From Desulfobulbus propionicus DSM 2032 (lineage in GTDB: Bacteria; Desulfobacterota; Desulfobulbia; Desulfobulbales; Desulfobulbaceae), in NCBI RefSeq assembly GCF_000186885.1, contig NC_014972.1, positions 930,001 to 962,000 of the forward strand: 32,000 bases of DNA, written 5' to 3'. Within the stretch, counting starts at the first letter, position 1, and every line of letters begins with the position of its first letter. This document shows positions 20,810-30,021 of the stretch, in pieces. The position numbers and the translations under genes are program-made. The notes beneath the pieces were generated by a model. The model searched no databases. It had not been told where the DNA came from and was given only the letters and a program-made list of their open reading frames with translations.

Positions 20810-22021
20810 ATGATGTTGCCAGAAAAGTTTGTGCTTGCGGAGAGAGTGCTGCAGGTCGCCCCTTCGCCAACGCTTGCCGTCAACGCCAAGGCCAAGGCAC
20901 TCAGGGCCGCGGGTGCGGATATTTTGAATTTCAGCGTCGGGGAGCCGGACCTGCCCACCCCGGCCCATGTGTGCGAGGCCGGCAAGCAGGCCATTGACGA
21001 CGGCTACACCCGTTATACTCCGGTAGCGGGTATCGTGGAGTTACGGGAAGCGGTGTGCGCCAAGTTGCAAAACGATCAGGGGTGGGACTATGCCCCAGAT
21101 CAGGTGCAGGTGAGTTGCGGCGGCAAGCACGGCCTGTACAATATCTTCCAGGCAATCCTCAATCCCGGTGACGAGGTGCTGATTCCCGCGCCCTACTGGG
21201 TGTCCTATCCGCCCATGGTGCAGTTGGCCGGCGGTACCCCAGTGATCGTGCCGCTCAAGGAGGAAAACAACTTTGATTTCGATCCGGCCACCCTGGCCCG
21301 GTATGCCACTCCGAAGACCAAGGCCATCGTGCTCAACAGTCCCTCGAATCCGACCGGAGCCGTGTTTTCCCTGGAGTCCCTGGTAGCGGTTGCCAAGATG
21401 GCCCGTGACCACGGCTGGTTGGTGATCACCGACGACATGTACGAGGAACTGTACTACGCCGAGGGTAAGGTGCCTCACATTCTTCATGCCGATCCGCAGT
21501 TGAAGGATCAGGTTGTGCTCTCCAACGGCGTGTCCAAGTCCTTTGCCATGACCGGTTGGCGGATTGGCTGGTCCGTTGGGCCGATCGAGGTGATCAAGGC
21601 GATGAACAAGATTCAGAGCCAATCGACCTCCAACCCTGCCGCCCCTTCCCAGTACGCGGCCCTTGCCGCCCTGACCGGACCGCAGGATTTTCCTCGTCTG
21701 CTGCGCGAGGCCTTCATCCCCCGCCGGGCCTATTTTGTCAAAGCGCTGGAATCGATCCCCGGAGTGAGCTGCGTGACACCGATGGGGGCTTTTTACGTGT
21801 TCCCCAATTTTTCCGCCTATTACGGGAAATCGTTCAAGGGGCAGGTTATCGACGGATCGGTTGCCCTGGCTGACTATTTTCTCGGCGAGGCCAAGGTGGC
21901 CTCGGTACCCGGTGCCGCTTTTGGCGCCGATGCCTTTATCCGCTTCTCCTTTGCCACCTCGATGGAACGGATCGAAAAGGGCATGGAGCGAATCAAGCAG
22001 GCCCTCGCCAATTTGCGCTAA
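20810..22021 (+). CDS. pyridoxal-phosphate-dependent class I aminotransferase (aspartate-aminotransferase-like)
   Basis: LNSPSNPTGAVFS, SNGVSKSFAMTGWRIGW, DAFIRFSFATSMERIEKG. ATG at 20810 preceded by AAAGGAG. Confidence 0.93.
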   Translation: MMLPEKFVLAERVLQVAPSPTLAVNAKAKALRAAGADILNFSVGEPDLPTPAHVCEAGKQAIDDGYTRYTPVAGIVELREAVCAKLQNDQGWDYAPDQVQVSCGGKHGLYNIFQAILNPGDEVLIPAPYWVSYPPMVQLAGGTPVIVPLKEENNFDFDPATLARYATPKTKAIVLNSPSNPTGAVFSLESLVAVAKMARDHGWLVITDDMYEELYYAEGKVPHILHADPQLKDQVVLSNGVSKSFAMTGWRIGWSVGPIEVIKAMNKIQSQSTSNPAAPSQYAALAALTGPQDFPRLLREAFIPRRAYFVKALESIPGVSCVTPMGAFYVFPNFSAYYGKSFKGQVIDGSVALADYFLGEAKVASVPGAAFGADAFIRFSFATSMERIEKGMERIKQALANLR

Positions 22022-22031
22022 CCGCTTTCAC

Positions 22032-22075
22032 AAAAAAAATCCGGGCAGAACAATAGTTCTGTCCGGATTTTTTTT
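22032..22075. terminator. bidirectional Rho-independent terminator
   Basis: AAAAAAAATCCGGGCAGAAC-AATA-GTTCTGTCCGGATTTTTTTT; stem with A-run on one side and T-run on the other. Lies between convergent aminotransferase and LysR genes. Confidence 0.9.
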
Positions 22076-22128
22076 GTGTGCTTGCACCTGGTCGCTCCTT
22101 CCGCGTGAGGGGAAGGGGTGAGAGGTGT

Positions 22129-23121
22129 TTATTTGCTCGTTGGTGAGGACAGGTCCTTGTCCAGTTTGCTCTTGGCTAACAGGGACTGCAGTTTCCAGGG
22201 TGAGGACAAACACTCCCGGCCCAGATGATTTTCCGCCACCACCTCGCAGAACCGGAGAAATTCGGCCATCAGCCGGGTGATGATCTTGTCTTTGTGTTGG
22301 ATGATCCATAACTGTCGGCTCATGTCCATCCCTTCGATGGGCAAAATCTTCAGCCAACCCTCTTCCGCTTCCCGACAGACGGTGAGCATGGATAGGCAGG
22401 CCGCGCCAACTCCGGACTCCACCGCCTTCTTGATGGCCTCGGTGTGCCCGGTTTTGGTGACCACCTTGAGCAACGAGGCGTAGCGGCCAAGTTTTTTGGT
22501 GAAAATTTCAGCAGTTCCCGAACCCTCTTCCCGCATCACCCAACTGGTTTCCTTGAGATCGTCGGGAATGATGAAGGTCGCGCGGTCGGCGAGTTTGTGG
22601 TTTGCACTGACGATGATCCCCAACTCGTCCTCAAACCACGAGGTGGCCACCAGGGAGTCGACGTTGATATCCCCTTCGACGAATCCGAGATCGGCCTGGC
22701 CGGTGGCCACCAGCTTTTCCGCGGTCATGGTGTTGACGACCAGCATATTGATGTGGGCCTCGGGATGGAGCCGCATGAAGGCGCCGATCAGATAGGGCAG
22801 TACATAGTTGCCGATGGTCGAACTGGCAACGATCTCCAGCACGCCGGCGACGGTGTCCTGCTGTTCGGTGAGGATGGTTTCAATGTTGGCCACTTGGTGC
22901 AGGATAGCCTTAGACAGGGGGAGAAGGTAGCGTCCACGGTCGTTGAGCAGCAGACTGCGGCCATGCCGGTCAAACAGGGGGCCGCCCAATTGATTCTCCA
23001 ACTCGCCAAGGGCCATGCTCACCGCAGACTGGGTGAGCAGGAGTTTCTTGCTGGCCCGGGTTACCTGCTGCGTTTCAGCGACCGCGATGAATATTTCCAG
23101 TTGTCTGAAGGTGATAGCCAT
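22129..23121 (-). CDS. LysR-family transcriptional regulator
   Basis: N-terminal wHTH MAITFRQLEIFIAVAETQQVTRASKKLLLTQSAVSMALGELENQLGGPLFDRHGRSLLLNDRG; LysR substrate-binding fold follows. Confidence 0.93.
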   Translation of the reverse strand: MAITFRQLEIFIAVAETQQVTRASKKLLLTQSAVSMALGELENQLGGPLFDRHGRSLLLNDRGRYLLPLSKAILHQVANIETILTEQQDTVAGVLEIVASSTIGNYVLPYLIGAFMRLHPEAHINMLVVNTMTAEKLVATGQADLGFVEGDINVDSLVATSWFEDELGIIVSANHKLADRATFIIPDDLKETSWVMREEGSGTAEIFTKKLGRYASLLKVVTKTGHTEAIKKAVESGVGAACLSMLTVCREAEEGWLKILPIEGMDMSRQLWIIQHKDKIITRLMAEFLRFCEVVAENHLGRECLSSPWKLQSLLAKSKLDKDLSSPTSK

Positions 23122-23266
23122 GAACTCTCTTTCGTATCAATGTGATTGAACATACTCATGATCGGAATTGAAAAATTAGCGCTAAACTAACACCTTCAAA
23201 AAATAGGTCAATGACTTTTAGGCGGCGTACCGCAATATTCACGGGGAACCAATCAAGAAATGAGTC

Positions 23267-23281
23267 ATTATTTGCAATAAT
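23267..23281. promoter_or_regulatory. 15-bp inverted repeat ATTATT-TGC-AATAAT, candidate LysR-type operator
   Basis: Perfect 6-bp arms containing a T-N11-A motif, 5 bp upstream of the candidate -35. Confidence 0.45.
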
Positions 23282-23286
23282 TATAC

Positions 23287-23315
23287 TTGACATCAAAAAC
23301 GCTTTTCAGTAGTTT
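23287..23315 (+). promoter_or_regulatory. candidate sigma70-type promoter for the nuo operon
   Basis: TTGACA at 23287-23292, 17-nt spacer, TAGTTT at 23310-23315; about 70 nt before the nuoA ATG. Confidence 0.45.
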
Positions 23316-23383
23316 AATAAGATGTGCTGATTAAACACATCAGTTGGATTGATGCTGGCGGCGCTGTCGTCGAGGAGAAAAAG

Positions 23384-23791
23384 ATGGACCAAGTTGTTCT
23401 TACCAACATCATTTATGTCACCCTGTTTCTGATCGGGGCACTGCTGTTCGGTTTTGGGCCGATCATCATCGTCAAGCTGCTCAGCCCCTCGTCCCACACC
23501 CGGCAGACTGCCGGACGGACCGGGCAGTTGATCGAGTGCGGCATGGAACCCATAGGCAGCGCCTGGATTCGATTCGGGATCATCTATTATCTCTATGCCC
23601 TCATTTTTCTCGCCTTTGATGTCGACGTGCTGTTTCTATTTCCGGTGGCCGTCGCCTACAACAGTCCGGAACTGGGAATGCGGGATTTTTTCGAGGTTCT
23701 GCTGTTTGTCGCCATTCTTTCATTAGCCATCGTCTATGCCTGGCGTAAAGGAGTGTTCACGTGGGAGAAGAAATCGTACCTTCATCAATAG
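23384..23791 (+). CDS. nuoA: NADH-quinone oxidoreductase subunit A
   Basis: YECG-like [39 protein letters not shown]. Confidence 0.95.
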   Translation: MDQVVLTNIIYVTLFLIGALLFGFGPIIIVKLLSPSSHTRQTAGRTGQLIECGMEPIGSAWIRFGIIYYLYALIFLAFDVDVLFLFPVAVAYNSPELGMRDFFEVLLFVAILSLAIVYAWRKGVFTWEKKSYLHQ

Positions 23792-24258
23792 TGCAGTTCG
23801 CCCAGCTCGACAAACTGCTCAATCTCGGCCGGGCCAATTCGCTCTGGCCCATGACCTTCGGGCTTGCCTGCTGCGCCATTGAAATGATGTGCACCGGTGG
23901 TTCCCGCTACGACATCTCCCGCTTCGGCGCCGAGGTTTTCCGACCTTCGCCCCGGCAGAGTGATGTGATGATCGTCGCCGGGACCATCAACAAGAAGCTG
24001 GAACTGGCGGTCAAGACCCTGTACGACCAGATGCCCGAGCCCAAGTGGGTGATTGCCATGGGCAACTGCGCCATATCCGGCGGCCCGTTCAAGGTCAAGG
24101 AAAACTACAACGTGGTAGAGGGAGCGGACAAGCTGTTTCCGGTGGATGTGTACATTCCCGGGTGCCCGCCGCGTCCCGAGGCCCTGCTCGAAGGCATCAT
24201 GGCCCTTGAGGAAAAGATTACCGGCAAGCGTCGCTGGCCGCGGGTGCAGGCAGGCTGA
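23761..24258 (+). CDS. nuoB: NADH-quinone oxidoreductase subunit B
   Basis: [43 protein letters not shown] ... [20 protein letters not shown] start overlapping nuoA. Confidence 0.96.
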   Translation: MGEEIVPSSIVQFAQLDKLLNLGRANSLWPMTFGLACCAIEMMCTGGSRYDISRFGAEVFRPSPRQSDVMIVAGTINKKLELAVKTLYDQMPEPKWVIAMGNCAISGGPFKVKENYNVVEGADKLFPVDVYIPGCPPRPEALLEGIMALEEKITGKRRWPRVQAG

Positions 24259-24272
24259 ATCGGAGATACTCT

Positions 24273-24779
24273 ATGGATTTGCTTGAAAAAACGGAAAAGG
24301 CTCTGCGTGCTCTTTTTCCCGAAACAGCTCCAGTCGCCGTCTCGGCAGAGGAAGGCGACGTGGCGACGGCCACGCGAACCGAACCCATTCTGACCACCGA
24401 TCCTGCCCGGCACGGCCACCATCTCGATGTTCTTTGCAAGCCCGACCAAGTGGTGGCGGTGGCCCGGGTTATGGACAGCGAAGGGTATTTTCTCGAATCC
24501 ATTTCCGGAGTCGACTGGATAGACCGGCAGCAGCTCGAGATTCTTTACGACTACAATCGGTTGGGTGGCGCGCATTGCCGAGTTATGGTCCGCACGCTGG
24601 TGCCCCGCAGCGGACCGGTGGTACCGACTATCTCCGCGATATTCCCCTCGGCTGATTGGCACGAGCGCGAAACCTATGACTTTTATGGCGTGCACTTCCA
24701 GGATCATCCCAACCTGATCCGCATTCTCCTGCCGGAAGATGCCGATTTTCATCCTCTTCTCAAGGATTTTATGCCATGA
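24273..24779 (+). CDS. nuoC: NADH-quinone oxidoreductase subunit C
   Basis: IFPSADWHERETYDFYGVHFQDHPNLIRILLPEDADFHPLLKDF. Confidence 0.93.
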   Translation: MDLLEKTEKALRALFPETAPVAVSAEEGDVATATRTEPILTTDPARHGHHLDVLCKPDQVVAVARVMDSEGYFLESISGVDWIDRQQLEILYDYNRLGGAHCRVMVRTLVPRSGPVVPTISAIFPSADWHERETYDFYGVHFQDHPNLIRILLPEDADFHPLLKDFMP

Positions 24780-25894
24780 CCGTTCCTGTTCATCTGCGGC
24801 ATGATGAAACCTTTGTCCTCAACCTGGGGCCGCAACATCCGGCCACCCACGGCGTGCTCCGCGTCAAGCTCACCATGGACGGCGAGTACATCGTCAAGGC
24901 CGAGCCGGTTCTAGGCTACATTCATCGTATGCATGAGAAGTTGGCGGAAGGCGGCACTTTTGCCCAGTTCATGCCCAATACCGCGCGCATGGATTATCTC
25001 CATGCCCTGGCTTTCAACCATGGTTGGGCCCTGGTGGTCGAAAAAGCGGCCGGTATCGAGGTGCCCGAGCGGGCCGAGTATATCCGGGTGATCACGGTCG
25101 AGCTCAACCGCATCGCCAGCCATCTCTTGTGGTGGGCGGCGTTTCTGCTCGATCTCGGCGGATTTACCCCGTTGCTCTATGCCTTTGACGACCGCGAGAA
25201 GATCATCGACCTGCTCGAACGGATCACCGGCTCCCGGCTCACCTATTGCTACATGCGCTTTGGCGGCGTGTACAACGACATTGATGACGAGTTCATCGCC
25301 GGCACCCGCGCGTTCATCAAGCGGCTGCGCGGCCGAATGCCCCGTCTCTACCACGACCTGGTCACCCACAATATTATCCTGATCAAGCGCATCAAGGATA
25401 TCGGCTTTGTCAGCGCCGACCAGTGCCGCCGCTATGGCGCCACCGGCCCGGTGGCGCGCGGTTCGGGAATTCATTACGATATCCGCAAGAACGAGCCCTA
25501 CTCGGTCTATCCAGAGTTCGACTTCGATATCCCGGTTTTTAACGAGGGCGATTCCATGGCCCGCTATATGGTGCGCATGCACGAGATGGAACAGTCGATG
25601 CGCATTATCGAGCAGGCCCTGGATAAACTGCCCGGAGGCCCGGTGATGGGCAAGGTGTCGAAGATGCTCAAGCCCGAGGCGGGTTACTATTATTCGGCGG
25701 TGGAGACGGCGCGTGGTTCGCTCGGCCATCGCCTGGTCTGCAATGGCGACAAGAATCCCTACAAACTCAAGTTGCGCTCGCCAACCTTCTGTAATTTGAG
25801 CCTATTTGGCGAAGTGGCCGAGGGCATGCTCCTGGCCGATGCGCTGGCCTTCATGGGTAGCCTGGATCTGGTCATCCCCGAAATCGACCGCTGA
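24776..25894 (+). CDS. nuoD: NADH-quinone oxidoreductase subunit D
   Basis: LNLGPQHPATHGVLRVKLTMDGE ... VCNGDKNPYKLKLRSPTFCNLS ... FMGSLDLVIPEIDR. ATGA overlap with nuoC. Confidence 0.96.
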   Translation: MTVPVHLRHDETFVLNLGPQHPATHGVLRVKLTMDGEYIVKAEPVLGYIHRMHEKLAEGGTFAQFMPNTARMDYLHALAFNHGWALVVEKAAGIEVPERAEYIRVITVELNRIASHLLWWAAFLLDLGGFTPLLYAFDDREKIIDLLERITGSRLTYCYMRFGGVYNDIDDEFIAGTRAFIKRLRGRMPRLYHDLVTHNIILIKRIKDIGFVSADQCRRYGATGPVARGSGIHYDIRKNEPYSVYPEFDFDIPVFNEGDSMARYMVRMHEMEQSMRIIEQALDKLPGGPVMGKVSKMLKPEAGYYYSAVETARGSLGHRLVCNGDKNPYKLKLRSPTFCNLSLFGEVAEGMLLADALAFMGSLDLVIPEIDR

Positions 25895-25912
25895 TCGGGA
25901 GAGGAAGAAAAT

Positions 25913-26905
25913 ATGGAAACAAGTATGTGGCGTGCCCTGATCTATCTGGTGGGCATCATGGCCTTTGCCGGCGTCAACGCCGCCTGGTTGGGCTGGTGTG
26001 AGCGGAAGGGGGCCGCCCGCATTCAGCGGCGGATCGGACCTTGCGAGGCTGGATTCGCCGGACTGTTGCAACCGCTCGCCGACGGCCTCAAATTGCTCAG
26101 CAAGCAACTGCTGGTGCCGCAAGGGGTCGATGGCATCGTTTTTCGGGTGGCTCCGGTCCTGGCGATGATTCCAGCCATCACCTCCATGGTGGTGATCCCT
26201 TTTTCCGACAACATCGGCGCCCGGGCCATGGAGCTCTCGGTTCTGTTGCTTTTTGCTCTGGCCTCCATCGGCATGATGGCCATCCTGCTCGGTGGCTGGG
26301 CCTCGGGCAACAAGTACGCGATCATCTCGGCCGCTCGTTCAGTGTCGCAGAATCTAGCCTACGAGATTCCCATGCTGCTGACCGTGATCACCGTGGTGCT
26401 GATCTCTGGGTCCATGAACCTGCGTGAGATCGCCATCGACCAGCAGGGCGGCTTCTGGCACTGGAACATCTTCCGCCTGGAAAACGGTCATTTCCTGACC
26501 ATGTGGATCTCGTTCATCATCTTCTTCATCTGCTCGGTGGCCGAAACCAACCGCGCGCCCTTTGACATGGCCGAGGCCGAGAGCGAGCTGGTGGCTGGTT
26601 TCATGACCGAGTACGGTTCCATGGGCTTTGGCCTGTTCATGATGGGTGAGTACCTCAATATCGTGGTCGGAGCCTGTCTGACCGCCACTCTTTTTCTCGG
26701 CGGTTGGGACTGCCCCTTTGGCCTGACACCGGGCATTTGGTGGTTTTTGCTCAAGATTTACATCCTGATCTTTACCTTTATCTGGATCCGCTGGACCTAC
26801 CCCCGGACCCAGATCTACCGGCTCTTGAACCTGAGCTGGAAAATTCTGATTCCTTTCTCGCTGGTCAATCTGTTGATTACTGCGGCCCTGATCAAGGTAT
26901 TCTGA
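25913..26905 (+). CDS. nuoH: NADH-quinone oxidoreductase subunit H
   Basis: ERKGAARIQRRIGPCEAGFAGLLQPLADGLKLLSKQLLVP ... NRAPFDMAEAESELVAGFMTEYGSMGFGLFMMGEY. Confidence 0.96.
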   Translation: METSMWRALIYLVGIMAFAGVNAAWLGWCERKGAARIQRRIGPCEAGFAGLLQPLADGLKLLSKQLLVPQGVDGIVFRVAPVLAMIPAITSMVVIPFSDNIGARAMELSVLLLFALASIGMMAILLGGWASGNKYAIISAARSVSQNLAYEIPMLLTVITVVLISGSMNLREIAIDQQGGFWHWNIFRLENGHFLTMWISFIIFFICSVAETNRAPFDMAEAESELVAGFMTEYGSMGFGLFMMGEYLNIVVGACLTATLFLGGWDCPFGLTPGIWWFLLKIYILIFTFIWIRWTYPRTQIYRLLNLSWKILIPFSLVNLLITAALIKVF

Positions 26906-26907
26906 AT

Positions 26908-27363
26908 ATGAGTGGTTATTGGAGCGATATTTTCACCGGCAGCAAGAGTCTGCTTACCGGCCTGGCCATCACGGCCCGGGAGTTCTTCAAGCCGGTGGTG
27001 ACCGAACAGTACCCCTGGGAAGTCCCGACCATGACGCCGCTGTTTCGCGGCCACATCGAGTTGATCGGCAACGAGGAGACCGGCGCGCCCAACTGCGTGG
27101 TCTGCGGCATGTGCCAACGGGCCTGTCCTTCCCAATGTATCAGTCTGGACGGAAAGAAGAACGAGAGCGGCAAGGGCAAGGTCCTGACACGGTATGTCCT
27201 TGATTTTACCAAGTGCAGCCTGTGCGGTTCCTGTGTGGAAAGCTGTAACTTCAATGCGCTGCGCTTTTCGAAAGAGTACAACCTGGTCAGCTTTGACAAG
27301 AAGGACTTCATGACCATGGATCTCATGCAACGGTTGGAGGACCAGAACGGATGCAAGCACTAA
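26908..27363 (+). CDS. nuoI: NADH-quinone oxidoreductase subunit I (2x[4Fe-4S])
   Basis: CVVCGMCQRACP and CSLCGSCVESCN ferredoxin motifs. ATG at 26908; the track ORF extends 5'. Confidence 0.92.
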   Translation: MSGYWSDIFTGSKSLLTGLAITAREFFKPVVTEQYPWEVPTMTPLFRGHIELIGNEETGAPNCVVCGMCQRACPSQCISLDGKKNESGKGKVLTRYVLDFTKCSLCGSCVESCNFNALRFSKEYNLVSFDKKDFMTMDLMQRLEDQNGCKH

Positions 27364-27905
27364 TCTGTCAACCGGTCGCCGCCCCGGCGCTCCTGTCGGC
27401 CGAAGGCGCGGTGGGCATTATTTTTTTGCTGACCGTGGCCTTGGTGGTGATCGGTGCCCTGATCGCCGTCAACGCGCGGCGGTTGGTCCGTGCTGTCGCC
27501 GGCCTAGCCGTCTGCTTCACTGGCCTGGCCGGCGTCTATTACTTTCTGCTCAGCCCTTTCCTGGCCATGATGCAGATGCTGATCTACGTGGGCGCGGTCT
27601 CGATCCTGATCGCCTTCGGTATCATGATGGCCACGCCGGAGGAACAACAGACTCCGGGCATGAAACATCGGTCCGCCTTGGCTGGACCACTGGCCTTCAG
27701 CGTGGCTGCGCTGATCTTCGCCGCTTTGACCCTGCTGGGCCTCAAAACCCAGTGGCAGGTGTTCCCGCGACAAGGCTCCTTTGACATCAAGGCGGTGGGC
27801 ATGTCGCTCTTGACCACCCACGGCATGGTTTTTGAACTTATTTCCATCGTCCTGCTCCTGGCCATCATCGGCGCCTTGGTGCTTGCACAGAGGGGGAGAA
27901 ATTAA
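27351..27905 (+). CDS. nuoJ: NADH-quinone oxidoreductase subunit J
   Basis: Hydrophobic protein with MQMLIYVGAVSILIAFGIMM; position between nuoI and nuoK. Confidence 0.92.
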   Translation: MQALICQPVAAPALLSAEGAVGIIFLLTVALVVIGALIAVNARRLVRAVAGLAVCFTGLAGVYYFLLSPFLAMMQMLIYVGAVSILIAFGIMMATPEEQQTPGMKHRSALAGPLAFSVAALIFAALTLLGLKTQWQVFPRQGSFDIKAVGMSLLTTHGMVFELISIVLLLAIIGALVLAQRGRN

Positions 27906-27908
27906 CCG

Positions 27909-28235
27909 ATGCAACTGCTCAATCTGTATAACTGTCTGCCGACCTACCTGGTGATCGGCGCCCTGCTGTTCGCCTTTGGGGTCTACGGCATGGTGGTACG
28001 CCGCACGGTGATCGGCATGCTGATCTCGGCCGAGTTCATCCTCGCCGCCGCCTCGACCAACTTCATGGCCTTCAACCGCTTCTTGGCACCTGACCCGGTG
28101 GTCGGCCAGATTTTTACTCTGTTCATTATGGCCATTGCCGCCGCCGAGGCCGCCATTGCCGTCAGCATCATGATTGCCGTCTATCGTAATTACAAATCCA
28201 TCGAAACCGACGATCTGGTCGATCTGCAGGGGTAA
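27909..28235 (+). CDS. nuoK: NADH-quinone oxidoreductase subunit K
   Basis: VIGMLISAEFILAAASTNFMAF ... FTLFIMAIAAAEAAIAVSIMIAVYR. Confidence 0.95.
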   Translation: MQLLNLYNCLPTYLVIGALLFAFGVYGMVVRRTVIGMLISAEFILAAASTNFMAFNRFLAPDPVVGQIFTLFIMAIAAAEAAIAVSIMIAVYRNYKSIETDDLVDLQG

Positions 28236-28249
28236 CGGGGAGAATAATC

Positions 28250-29746
28250 ATGGACACCGTTGCCACCACCGCACATATCGTCGAAAACACCAACCTGTTG
28301 CTGGCGGTGATCATCCCGCTCTTCGCCAGCCTGGTGGTCATGACCCTGAAGAACCATCCGAACCTGCGCGAGTTTGTCTCGTCCAGCGCTTCGGTGCTGC
28401 TGTTCCTCATGGTCCTCTCCTTCATTCCGGCCCTCAAGGCGGGAGAAACACTCAAATATACGCTGTTCCAATTGCTGCCGGGTCTGTCGATCACCCTGCG
28501 CGCCGATGGCTTTTCCATGATTTTTGCGCTGGTCGCCTCGTCGCTGTGGATGATTGCCGTCTACTACTCCATGGGCTACATGCGGGCCCATGACGAGCCG
28601 TGCCAGACGCGGTTCAACGCCTGTTTCGCCTTGGCCATCTTCGGCGCCATCGGCGTGGCCTTCTCCGACAACCTCTTGACCCTGTACCTCTTTTACGAGA
28701 TCGTGTCGGTGTGCACCTATCCGCTGGTCGCCCATCATCAGGACGAGGAGTCCTACGAAGGCGCGCGCAAGTACATCGTGTACCTGACCACCACCGCCAA
28801 GTTCTTCCTCCTGCCGGCCCTGATTCTCATCTATGTGCTGTCCGGGACCCTGGATTTTCCGCATAACATCAACAGCGGCATCCTCCCCACCGACGCCACC
28901 GGCTGGGTGGTGACCATGCTCTATGTGTTCTGCATCTTCGGTTTTGCCAAGAACGGCGTCATGCCGTTCCACCACTGGCTGCCGGGTGCTATGGTCGCGC
29001 CGACCCCTGTTTCCGCGCTGCTGCATGCGGTGGCCGTGGTCAAAGTGGGCGTGTTCTGCACCACCCGTACCATGCTCTATGTTTTTGGCGTCGAGACTAT
29101 GGATCGGTTGAACCTCGGTATTCCCACCGCCTATTTTGTCGGCTTCACCATCATCGTCGCCTCGATGATCGCCCTGTCCAAGGACAACCTCAAGGCGCGG
29201 TTGGCCTATTCAACGGTCAGCCAGCTCTCGTACATCATCCTCGGCGTGGCGCTGCTGACTCCCCATGCCATCGAGGGCGGTCTGATCCACATCGTCAACC
29301 ACGCCTTCTCCAAGATCACCCTGTTCTTTTGCGCCGGTGCGATCTACATCGCCGCCCATAAGAAGTATATCTCGGAGATGAGCGGTCTGGGCCGGACCAT
29401 GCCCTTTACTTTCGGCGCCTTTGCCGTTGCCTCGCTGTCGATGATCGGCGCGCCGCCGGTGGCCGGTTTTGTCTCCAAATGGTATCTGCTGGTTGGCTCG
29501 ATGGAGGCCCATCAGGTGGGCATTCTCCTGATTCTCATCGCCTCGACCGTCCTCAATGTCGGCTACTTCGCGCCGGTGACCTACAAGGCCTTTTTCGGCA
29601 AACGGCCCAACGGCGAAGCCGAAACCGGCATCAAGGAGGCACCGCTCAGCATGCTCATTCCGCTGCTGATCGCGGTCACCGTGTCGGTGATCATCGGCGT
29701 GTATCCCAATTTCATGATGCAATTTGTCAGGATGGTGACAGGATGA
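28250..29746 (+). CDS. proton-conducting membrane transporter (NuoL/MrpD-like antiporter subunit), 498 aa
   Basis: FYEIVSVCTYPLVAHH, GVMPFHHWLPGAMVAPTPVSALLHAVAVVKVGVF, KARLAYSTVSQLSYIILG. Confidence 0.9.
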   Translation: MDTVATTAHIVENTNLLLAVIIPLFASLVVMTLKNHPNLREFVSSSASVLLFLMVLSFIPALKAGETLKYTLFQLLPGLSITLRADGFSMIFALVASSLWMIAVYYSMGYMRAHDEPCQTRFNACFALAIFGAIGVAFSDNLLTLYLFYEIVSVCTYPLVAHHQDEESYEGARKYIVYLTTTAKFFLLPALILIYVLSGTLDFPHNINSGILPTDATGWVVTMLYVFCIFGFAKNGVMPFHHWLPGAMVAPTPVSALLHAVAVVKVGVFCTTRTMLYVFGVETMDRLNLGIPTAYFVGFTIIVASMIALSKDNLKARLAYSTVSQLSYIILGVALLTPHAIEGGLIHIVNHAFSKITLFFCAGAIYIAAHKKYISEMSGLGRTMPFTFGAFAVASLSMIGAPPVAGFVSKWYLLVGSMEAHQVGILLILIASTVLNVGYFAPVTYKAFFGKRPNGEAETGIKEAPLSMLIPLLIAVTVSVIIGVYPNFMMQFVRMVTG

Positions 29747-30021
29747 TCGCACTCATTGACTATCTCCAGGCCCGGTCGAAAACCGTGGTCACGATCTGCT
29801 GTGTCCTGTTGGCGGTGATCGCCTGCGGCTCCCTGCTGGTGGACACCCACCACGCCCATACCTGGGCGGAGCAGCATGTGCCGGCTTTCTGGTCGCTGTT
29901 CGGATTCGCCGCCGCCGCGATCATCATTGGCGCAGCCCGCTGGTTCGGCGGTTCCGGCATTCAGGCGCCGACCGATTTTTATGAACGCTCCACCTCAACG
30001 ACCTGCGAGGAAGAAGCATGA
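29743..30021 (+). CDS. small two-TM membrane protein coupled to the antiporter subunits
   Basis: 92 aa: MIALIDYLQARSKTVVTICCVLLAVIACGSLLVDTHHAHTWAEQHVPAFWSLFGFAAAAIIIGAARWFGGSGIQAPTDFYERSTSTTCEEEA. ATGA overlaps at both ends. Confidence 0.85.
   Translation: MIALIDYLQARSKTVVTICCVLLAVIACGSLLVDTHHAHTWAEQHVPAFWSLFGFAAAAIIIGAARWFGGSGIQAPTDFYERSTSTTCEEEA

Noticed and set aside
22028-22357. 109 aa - strand ORF spanning the terminator
   Set aside because: It covers the bidirectional terminator and overlaps the LysR gene in another frame. Its KKNPDRTIVLPGFFL end is translated hairpin sequence.
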